From the NCBI GenBank assembly GCA_053919585.1, contig CM132789.1: a DNA stretch of 64,000 bases; one strand, 5' to 3'. The position numbers and the translations under genes were made by a program. The notes beneath the pieces are model-generated. The model was given only the letters and a program-made list of their open reading frames with translations. It searched no databases and was not told the origin of the DNA. The DNA is from Euprymna scolopes (taxonomy: Eukaryota). This document shows, piece after piece, positions 54,685 to 64,000 of this stretch; positions within the stretch are counted from its first letter, which is position 1, and each line of letters opens with the position of its first letter.

Positions 54685-54937
54685 GTTTGTCTCCTCCAAT
54701 TTCAGCCTTACTCGAAGTCAAAGTGTGAATCAAGAGAACCAGTACCACTACGACTCGACCCTTCCCCTTCCACCACCACCACCACCACCTGAAGATGGAA
54801 TCAATGGTGCTGTTCCTTTGTCACCTCCGCAACAGGTGAAATCAGTATTAGTGGGTGACATTGAAACAGTAGCGTCAAGTAACGTTAGCACTTTACGCTC
54901 TCTTGATGGTGAGGAAGAAACCACAAAGAAAAAAAGG
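54685..54937 (+). CDS. FARP: FARP linker exon with polyproline tract (FVSSNFSLTRSQS...LPLPPPPPPPEDG...EEETTKKKR)
   Basis: gtgtag| acceptor (phase 2), AGG|gttagt donor (phase 0) leading into the DH exon; in-frame alternative acceptor at 54706 and alternative donor at 54950. Confidence 0.85.
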
Positions 54938-56029
54938 GTTAGTAAACGGGTTAGTAGTGTTGCCTCTTTATATCATCTTTGAACTTTTTTCTTCTTTTAA
55001 CCTTTTACAAAATATTAATCTTGTAACAACAAGCGATTCTCTACAAATACATTATTTTATAGATATGCTAGTTATACATTGATATGATAATCTTGTACTT
55101 TTTTTTTTTTTTTTAACAAAATTATTAAATAAACCTAATCATTGTAAATCTATCACTGATTCTGTTATTGTAATGTTAATTTAATATCCATTTATAAAAG
55201 TATTAGATGTAAATAGCTTCCAATCATTGTAATAATAATCTGGAATCAGAATTTAGTTTCTAATTCTCTATTATGTAAAGTCGACAAAGTAAATTCATAT
55301 CTTAAAAAAAAAAATCTAAGCAGCTTTAATAATTAAACTGATTTTTTTAATATAGAATTGTTTAGATTCTTTTAGCTACAATAATAATAATCTCAGGTCA
55401 GATTATAGTTAATTAGTCTCTATGAAGCCAAGGGAACAATTTTATCTTGAAACATTTAAAAATTGTATATTAATAAAATTGAATTATTAATATAAAGTTG
55501 TTTAGATTTTTTTTTTTTTTTTTTTAAATGTAATAATAATCTCAAGCCTGAATGTAGTTTACTACTGGTAAAATATGAAAAATTAACATCTGGTGATTTG
55601 GGCAGCAGTATCAGTACTTCTGACTGTGAGAGTTAACTCATTTGCCTTGCTCGATTCCTGACTAAAAATGAACTATGGATCAGAAAAAAAAATCAATGAA
55701 ATCGATTGAAAATAACATTTGTTTTATAAAACACAGATCAATAATTGGCCTAAAATATTATGAAAAATATTTTTATCTGTATCTTATTATTAAAGTTATT
55801 CCCATCAATCAAATAAGAGAAATTCTAACTTTAGATTATATATAAGATAATGATTTATTAAATTTATGACCTATAGTCATTTATGACCCTGAATCAAAAT
55901 AAACTAAAAAATCAAAGACAAAATGGATATATTCAAGTCACATGAAGCACCCCTCCCTTCTGTCTCTGGGCAAATGCAACAAATTATAACAAATGTTTCT
56001 ATGTTTGTTGTTGTGTTTGTCTATTATAG

Positions 56030-56119
56030 CGTGCCCCAACTGACAAATCCTACTGCATTACCAAAGAACTGTTGATGACAGAAAGGACATTCAAGAAGGA
56101 TTTAGAAGTTGTTACACAG
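56030..56119 (+). CDS. FARP: FARP DH (RhoGEF) exon 1 (RAPTDKSYCITKELLMTERTFKKDLEVVTQ)
   Basis: ttatag| and CAG|gtgaga; resembles FARP1 RFPTDKAYFIAKEVSTTERTYLKDLEV (DH CR1). Confidence 0.96.
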
Positions 56120-56389
56120 GTGAGATAGGATTTTTTTCTTTTAATTATTATTAAAAAGGACATTTTTTTAAAGAATTTTATTTAATGATTTTGCAGGAAG
56201 ACATTTTATAAAAACCTTTGTTATTTTTTAAAATCAGTTTCGATAATTTGTAGTTTTTTTTATCAAAACAGAATTTACTTTAAATTATTGAAACTGCATT
56301 TATGCCTATTCAATATATTCTGTTATGCTTATATTTTGCTTTACTTATACACAATGTATTTATAACTAAATCTTTTTTTTTCTTTTAAG

Positions 56390-56520
56390 GCTTTCAAAAA
56401 CGCCCTGCTTTCTACCACAATTCCAGAATGCCTTTCACATCTCTTGTTCTCATCTTTGGGCTCCATTTATGATTTCCATTGTACTTTCTTAAAAAATATT
56501 GAACAAAGAATTGTTTCTTG
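56390..56520 (+). CDS. FARP: FARP DH exon 2 (AFKNALLSTTIPECLSHLLFSSLGSIYDFHCTFLKNIEQRIVSW)
   Basis: ttttaag| acceptor; FHxxFLKxIEQR..W motif; ends TG|gcaagt (GC donor), which is needed to keep frame. Confidence 0.92.
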
Positions 56521-56773
56521 GCAAGTACCTTTTTTGTTTTACCTTCTAAAATTTGTTTTTAAGCTTTCTCTATATTTTTCTGAACTTTAGCATTGACATG
56601 AAAACAATACCATTTTACTGCATCGATACTTTTTATAGTTTCTAGTTCCATTTTGCAATTTACATTTATTTTATTTATTCTTTTGATTTGTTTTGTTTTA
56701 TGGATCTGAAATGTATATATCATCCTTTAAAATAGTTTTTTCTCAAACAGAAATCCTAATATGAGGAGAATAA

Positions 56774-57267
56774 TTAGTACTTATGCAGAATAAGAACCAT
56801 GCTATCGTCGGAATTTTCCAGGAAGTTTACATAAAATGTTGAAAGCTGCTGAAACACTGAGCCAATAAAATCACAGCAGCAAATGTCATTTAAGAAAACA
56901 TTTGCTATCATTGGTTTATTATAAAAAAATATTTTGATTTGAACAAAAAAATCATTTAAAAAATCAATTTTTTTTTTTACTATCAGTTGTTCAAAAAAAT
57001 ATTTATTCATAAAACTTACAATAACTTTTTTACTTTTGATTTTCTTAAAATTTCATAAAAATTGTGCACTAATTATTCATTCATTGCTTCATTTGTTTTA
57101 ATTTTTATTGAATTTCGTAATAACAGAAATATTTTTTTAATTCATTGAAAAAATTGGCCAACATTTGTGCAAGCAAAATTAAACTTTGTTTGGCACCTTC
57201 TGTAATTTTACATAAATTATCTGGAAAATTCCAATGTAACCCAGTTCTTAACCTGCATAATTACTAA
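56774..57267. mobile_element. MITE-like inverted-repeat element inside the GC-AG intron
   Basis: TTAGTACTTATGCAGAATAAGAAC...GGAATTTTCCAG versus CTGGAAAATTCC...GTTCTTAACCTGCATAATTACTAA. Confidence 0.65.
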
Positions 57268-57447
57268 ATGATCTTTAACCTACCTTACCCCTTTAAAAAA
57301 AAAATGGAATATTTTTATTTTGTGACTATTTAATTAAAAATGAAATAATATTTAACAATTTTTTTCATATGATTGGTCCATGTTTTCTTGCTTTTTTTGG
57401 AGAAATACTTTACTTTGATTTTTCTCCATTTTCTTATCAAACAACAG

Positions 57448-57529
57448 GGAAGGAAAGAGCAATGCCCATGTTGTAGCTGATTCACAGAGGATAGGCGATG
57501 TCTTACTAGGACTTAACAAGATCTTACCA
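57448..57529 (+). CDS. FARP: FARP DH exon 3 (EGKSNAHVVADSQRIGDVLLGLNKILP)
   Basis: caacag| and CCA|gtgagt; resembles FARP WEGRSNA...QRIGDVML. Confidence 0.95.
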
Positions 57530-57819
57530 GTGAGTTATTTAGAAAATCACATCAACAATTTTTTTTTTCACTCAATTTCTCATATTACTTTTTCCATTTG
57601 TACTGTTTTTGAATTTTAGTAGTTTTACATCTTAAGACTACAGTCTTCACTGCCACAAGTCAGCTACAGATAGACGTAGATAGCATCAAGAAACCATGTA
57701 ATAGCCGTAACTAGGTATACTGAAATAACCAGAAAACACATTGGGTTACAGAAATTAGGAACTTGTGATTTCTGCAAAATCTATAAGAGTGTGGTATTTA
57801 ATGGGTAATCAATAATTCC

Positions 57820-58690
57820 CCCAATATCCAACCTACGGTTGAACTGCTTACCCAGCGGTTCATCTTGAATTCTGCAACCCCTTCCTTCTAAATTTCACAC
57901 TACAGAGAGAAGCTACATTTACCATTTATAGAATGAAACCTTCAACATATGTGGGCTTGATTTTATCCCTGCTATAGTAAAAAAAAAAATGCTCTGCTGA
58001 GCTGGTTTCTGTTTTTTGTTTTTTTTTCAAATTCTATAACAAATGCCTTGTTGAATCTTCTTTCTCTTATCTGGAAAATTGCCTCTATGGTAACAGTGTT
58101 TAAAAATTCTGGTGAAAGAAATGACCCACAAAATTATGACCTAACTCTCATATCTGAATGCATTTACCATACACTGGATAAAGCAGGCGAAGCTAGGGTG
58201 TTAGCACTTGATATACCCAAAGCATTTGACAAGATTTTGCAATTTTCTCATAGAAATTAATTTGTATGCTATTATGGGCTGAATATTTAATATAATCAGA
58301 TCCTTTTTAGCCAATAGAAAGATCAAGGTTATCCTCAATGACTGTATACATGAAATTAAGACAAGTGTGCCACAGGGATCCTTGGTTATCTTTATTATTC
58401 CTGATCTTCATAAACAGAAAATGACCTTCAGTCTGTAAAATTTAATGCTACTACTTAGACGAAGCTTCTTTCCTTTAACAATTATAAGAAACCAAACCAA
58501 TCCGATTGGCATAACTAATATCATTCTACCTGAGAGTTCAGAATTCCATTCATAAGTAAAATGGAACAAGTACAAAGAAAATACTGCTAAATTTGTTCAA
58601 GGAATGTGAGCTCCCTCTACCAGGCTAGAACATGTGCCCTGACAAACTTATTGCACTTGTACCAATGTAAATATTCTCAACTAACCGGAC
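57820..58690 (+). mobile_element. Highly decayed LINE reverse-transcriptase fragment
   Basis: WKIASMVTVFKNSGERNDPQNY, VLALDIPKAFDK and SVPQGS remnants. Confidence 0.75.
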
Positions 58691-59537
58691 AATCAGCAAA
58701 ATCCATGCATACATTTAAATGTAATGTGAACAAGCACCTTGTTGCACAACTCCCCTTATGATGACCCTATAAATCTAACCCTAATTTACAGTAGTTCATT
58801 ATCTCTCAGTGTTTAGTATGAATATAAGTATTAAAAAAAATTTTTTTTAAATAGAATTTAAATCGATCCAATCTTTTTGTAAATATTGAATGGGCACGCT
58901 TGTAATTAAATTCCTTAAAATTTGATATATAATTTATATTTTTCACTTGTGTGAATAAACACTTTGTTTTGGATTAAAAGATGAGACCAATTGTAAAACT
59001 AACCACTTTTTATTAGATCATTTTATAAAAACTTCTGACATGCTGAAAATTTAAATATTTTGCTAGATATTTTTTAAATCCGACAAATGTAATATGCAAT
59101 ACTTTCATAATAGTCACCTGCAAATATTACTTATCTTGAATAGATTTTTTCTTTTTATAATCTAAAGAAATTTTATCAAGGAAACATCAATGATTTTTTT
59201 TTTTTTGGGGGGGGGGGGTACAAATTTTCTGACTTCAAATACATATATTTCAAAAAGCTATGGATTTCATAAGTTTTCTTTCAATTGACATTCTATAATC
59301 ATTCTATTCTTTATAGCAAATCTTAATTTAAACTCCTCCATGAGAATTGCTACTTATATTTATTTTTCTATTATTTTGATTTTTATACTTTATTTTAATC
59401 ATTTGCCTTTATTATACAACTGAGAGAAAGAGAGGTGTGAATGATTCAGAGTAAATAGATATCCATAAATAATGAAATATCATGTCTCATCTATAAAGTA
59501 TAATTCTGTTTTTTTTTTTCCTTTTTTTGTCCTGAAG

Positions 59538-59724
59538 ACTTATAAAAACTATTTGGACAGATTAGAAGAAATGTTGAGTGAATTGGAATTGACTCTCAAG
59601 AGAAATCGAGAATTTGAACAACTGTACAAAGAATTTGAAGCAGAAAAAGCTTGCTATTTGCCTTTAAATACATTTCTTCTTAAGCCAGGACAACGACTGC
59701 TGCACTATAAACTCATTCTGGAAA
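59538..59724 (+). CDS. FARP: FARP DH exon 4 (TYKNYLDRLEEML...YKEFEAEKACYLPLNTFLLKPGQRLLHYKLILE)
   Basis: Pyrimidine tract + aag| acceptor, A|gtaagt donor; DH CR3 motif CYLPLNxFLLKPxQRLxHY. Confidence 0.96.
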
Positions 59725-60466
59725 GTAAGTATTTCCAATCCCATTTAGAAATTCGTGTTCCTTCAAGACATTCTGTATAAGAAGTTGTTTTTGTCATGCT
59801 TTCTACTGACTTGTCACTTTCTAAATGGTTCAATTTTATAGAATTGAATTGAATATAAACATATATGATCATATTTTTAATTAAGTTAGTATTATCTTCA
59901 GTCATTTGTTTCGTGCTTATCTACAGAATAAAATATTCAAATACATAATACTTTTTCAAAATGAATCTGGAATTTTCATTATGTAATTTCAATGAAAAAG
60001 CTATTAATAGTCAGTCATGTTGTTTTTCTTTTAGTTATTAACAAAATGTTTCTTGTATTTTCAAAAATATGGGTAAAAAGTTATTGCAAAATCCCAAAAA
60101 AGATAACCTAATTGAAAAAATTTTCACAAAATACAATTCAAATTTAATTTTTGTTTTGACTACAAAGAAATAAATATTAAATTTAGTTCAACACAAATCA
60201 GTTTTATTTACATATAATTTTTTTTTATTTCATGAAAAGCCAAAAACTCACATTATAGAGTTTTAAAATGGCATGTTTAAATGCATTTTAAATTGACAAA
60301 TGATTATATTTTGATTATTACAAATGTTTTCTTTTTCTTGTTTATATTTACATTAAAATAATGCTTTTTTTATTAAAATCTTATGAATAAAAAAATACAA
60401 ATGCTTGTATTGTATAAAAATGGTTTCTCTGATTGTTTTATATATGAAATTTTTTTTTTTTTTTAG

Positions 60467-60517
60467 GATTAATAAAACATTATAACCAAGATCATCCTGA
60501 TCATGATAACTGTCAAG
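60467..60517 (+). CDS. FARP: FARP DH exon 5 (RLIKHYNQDHPDHDNCQ)
   Basis: ttttag| and AAG|gtgagt; phase 1/1; KHxxxxHPD DH motif. Confidence 0.94.
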
Positions 60518-61386
60518 GTGAGTTAAAAGCAATGATTGATGTCGAAAATATTTGAGAAATTGCATTTTTTTTTTTTTTAATAATAATAATAATAATAATT
60601 TCAAACACATACTCTTCTGATGACTAAGCTTTTTCAGTTTATCATCCAATTCATTAAAGAAGAATCTATATTTTATCTTTGTGATAAATCACATACACAC
60701 GGGTGTTGAATGGATCACCTGAGTTGAACAATATTGAGGCAAGTTAGTACTTAATGTGTGACTGCTTTAGAATATATTTAGCAAGTGTATAAATGTGTAC
60801 AAGACTAACGGAAATTAAAGCAACAGATGAGCTTTCTTTCACAGGTGTGATTTAACAACATAAAAACTGCACAAATCAGCATAGCTTTTTATCCATCTTG
60901 AAAAGGAATAGTAATTGAATCTAGTTTTGATTCTAAGTGTCAAAAGCCAAATTATTTTTCTAAAATTTAAATATTTTAGTAAAGAAATTTGTTTAAATTG
61001 AACAAATAAACAATTGCTGATTTTATATTTTAAACTTTCACAATTTTGTATAGAAAAAGGTTAATACTGAATAAAACTTTTGATAAAATGAGTTTTCTTT
61101 CTTTAACTTTCAAATTTTATTTTATTTTTCTAAGTCACCACTTATCAGCCATTTAAGGGTTAATGAGATGGAATTTTAGTTGAATGATAGAAATTATAAG
61201 ATGATTGAAAATGATAAATGAAATCGACAAAATTTGAAAACCTATGATGACATCGGATTTAAAACTGGCTCTTATAGTCTGCAAGGAAGTAGTCTCATTG
61301 TAATGTGTTCTATATTTTAAAGTTGTTCAATGCAACCGAGTATTAAGCATTCTATAATTCAAATCGATTGTGTTCTTCTATTTCAG

Positions 61387-61445
61387 TTGCTCTTAATAAT
61401 ATCCTTGAAGTAATCAATCAATTTCGAGATAAAATGCAAAAAGTG
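61387..61445 (+). CDS. FARP: FARP DH exon 6 (VALNNILEVINQFRDKMQKV)
   Basis: tttcag| and GTG|gtaagt; phase 1/0; fits the C-terminal DH helix. Confidence 0.9.
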
Positions 61446-61959
61446 GTAAGTATCTTTTTATTTTAAGACTTATGTATATCTCTCTTTTGTTCTTGATGGA
61501 TCAATTGATAAAGCTGATTACTTTTATGTCATGTTTCAACATCTCAACAGTAAATCACATCTATTTTACATGAATCCTGACTACTTTTTACATCTGCAAC
61601 ATTGCATGTACATTCATCAAACTTTAAAATGAATCTATAACAATCTAAGAAGAAAGTTGACATGAGGCTTATCAAAAACAGAAAAAACAATTCATAGATT
61701 TGTTGATGATTAGGGAGAAAGTTTCATTTAGAGTGAATTCAGTGTTGCCGAGAGGGGGGGGGGAAGGGCATGGACAGCAATAGAAGAGTTAAAAAAGGTG
61801 TGTAGCATTCTTTTACTCTTTCTCTAGTTACAGATTTTTTTCTTACTTCAACTAAGGACAAAACACATACTGTTAGTTTCATACAAACGGTCAATGGAGG
61901 GGTGGGGAAATCACACTAAATGTTCACCATCTTCCCCTGACAACTTTGAATATTACAAA

Positions 61960-62137
61960 AGAGTTTTCCCGGAAAATCCGTTCTGTTACTTTTTTTACTC
62001 ATATCATGTTTAATGTTTGTGCAAAATTTTAAGAAATTCCAAGGTGTAGTTATTGAAAAAAGTGCAGACAGATGAACGGATGAACAGACAAGGGTGAATT
62101 TACAGGTCCACCCTCCTTTTGTTGGGTGGCCAAAAAA
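61960..62137 (+). mobile_element. Helentron-associated (DINE/HINE-like) element end
   Basis: GTGCAAAATTT motif, GACA/GATG/GACG-type microsatellite, terminal hairpin CCACCC...GGGTGG (62108-62129), then an A-run. Confidence 0.55.
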
Positions 62138-62399
62138 CATTTGCAATCCATTTAATTCATTGAAACTTAAATTTTTAGATGTTACTTCTTGTGTTTAATT
62201 CATGAAAACATCTTGACCATTCTGGAAAGAAGAGGGTGGGACACTATTTGACAATTCTTCATTTTTATTAAAATTATTTCATACATTCAAATTGCATCAT
62301 ATTGTTCTGTGTTATACCATTATTTTTTATATTGAGAATTTAGAATTGCTCTAAATTATCTGAAACATTTTTAAATGAAATCATTGTCATCATATTTGA

Positions 62400-62916
62400 T
62401 TTGACATCTGTATTACATGCTTCCAAACTAACTTATCTCTGGCCAGGTCTTTATTTATCCCTCTTTTTCTCAAATCCATTTTTATCACTTTCGCTTTGGC
62501 CTTCTCTTTTGAACTGAATCAGATCCGATAACTGTTTTACATCTACTAACCCAAAAACTATTATGCATTCTTTCAACTTGACTACACCATCACAGACTAT
62601 CTTCTGCACACTTTCAGATGTAATCTTTCTTTGAAGACATCAAATTTAAGCTTGTTTTTAAGATTCACATTACCCATCCATTGTAATATTCTCATATGGT
62701 TTCTTTTTATGCAATGCATGTTCTCAACCCTCACCAGCCAGGTTTTACTTCACTATATCATCACATTGTTTACATATGCCTGATTGACTCTTGTCTTGGT
62801 CAACAGTAGTAATGCTTTGCTATTTATTAATTATTAATTGTACTTCCAATAACCCTTATCCCTGAGTGGCTTCCGGGCCTTGATAAGTGGTGATCACTGT
62901 GTAAAAAAAAAAAAAA
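62400..62916 (+). mobile_element. Decayed 3' LINE fragment of the 5995-6560 family with poly(A); another tail remnant at ~63320-63375
   Basis: AACCCTTATCCCTGAGTGGC...CCTTGATAAGTGGTGA...GTAAAAAAAAAAAAAA matches the 3' UTR of the minus-strand copy. Confidence 0.7.
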
Positions 62917-64000
62917 GCAAAAATTCCTTTAATTTATTCCATCTGCTCTTAATTCTTGCAATCAAAAGAGCTTCTGTAAAAGATATTTAAAGTTATAAGT
63001 TACTATTAACAATATATTTAATACTAGTTGAAGATTGTCTGTCTATGACAGCACATCGAAGAGCATTGGTGATCAAATTGTTACTGATTCCCACTCTTCT
63101 GATCTTAAGCACAGTGTAGACTAGAGGAAAAGGTGGTTTGTTACTTTTAACATTTTTAAAACCAAGCTTTTCTCCTTTCATCACTAACACCTGGATCTGT
63201 TTTTTGTCCCAATCAAAATGAATGGCTCTCTCCTTGATGAAGCTCCTTATTTTGATAAACTACTACACCTTTCACTTCAAACGAAATATGTTCAAAATTG
63301 GTTCTGACAATCATTCTATCTTATTCTTGAGTGGCATTTGGCCTTGATAAGAGGTGATTGCTTTTAGTTAAAAAATCATGACCACAATATTAATTGCATC
63401 TCCTCCCAATTTCATATTAAAATATGAGATTTGAACTCTTTGTTCAGATCAAATTCTAAATGTAACAAATTATAATATATAAATTTTAGATCATAAAAAG
63501 ATAAATGCAATATTTACTTAGCATGAATTATTGCTGTGACATAAGTCTTCATCACATTCAATTATAAACAGTTTAATAGTTTAACATTCAATTCAGTTGT
63601 CTAAAAATCGGGCTCAAGTGGTTAGATGCAATCAAGTTATGGTTAGTCTTATTTTACTATCAAACAATTTTGGTGTCGTGAATTGGATGGTAAAAGCATG
63701 GAAAGTGGATAGACATACAATGTTTGTTTTTACTTAAATATGAGGAAAGAGTTCTATTATCTGTAGAGTTGGTTAGGAGTTGAATGTGTGCACACACAAA
63801 CTTAATGATTTGTTTTAAGACATTTCCTGTCAATGGTCAAGTCTATTTTAATTGGCAGCGTATAGGAATCAGAAAATGGTTGTTTTTATCCATCAAGACA
63901 ATTTTTTTTTCTACAATCTCTCTTTCTCACGTTTTATTTCTTTATTAAATTCATTTTTATTGTTTAAGATGTTGCGCAAAATGTCAGCAGTGGAATGTTC

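Noticed and set aside
63969-64000. Next FARP exon (MLRKMSAVEC...)
   Set aside because: Plausible acceptor and phase, but the peptide does not resemble the expected ENFQKL-like DH-PH junction and is cut by the window end.

Overview
AT-rich, intron-rich animal genomic DNA (repeat content looks molluscan, possibly cephalopod; inference only), with one 189-N gap at 34161-34349. The window holds the middle of one + strand gene, a FARP1/FARP2/Cdep-family protein (FERM + FA + RhoGEF/DH; the PH domains lie beyond the window). I could place 13 exons; every junction is frame-consistent except the unresolved donor of the exon starting at 18310, and one intron is GC-AG. That exon reads on as a ~4-kb open frame (18310-22285) encoding a ~1320-aa acidic, Ser-rich tail, probably a GEF-less alternative terminal isoform. 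The introns carry a degenerate full-length I/Nimb-type LINE, CR1/L2-like LINE fragments, SINEs, several MITE families and Helitron/Helentron remnants. The most striking non-coding elements are (1) a two-copy, highly structured short element headed by a U2 snRNA branch-point-recognition segment masked by its own antisense arm, one copy with an 8-bp TSD whose empty site is visible in sibling MITEs; (2) an intact minimal hammerhead ribozyme directly behind a tRNA-like head within a 309-bp-period partial tandem repeat; and (3) degraded Penelope-type hammerheads in a dispersed inverted-repeat family.
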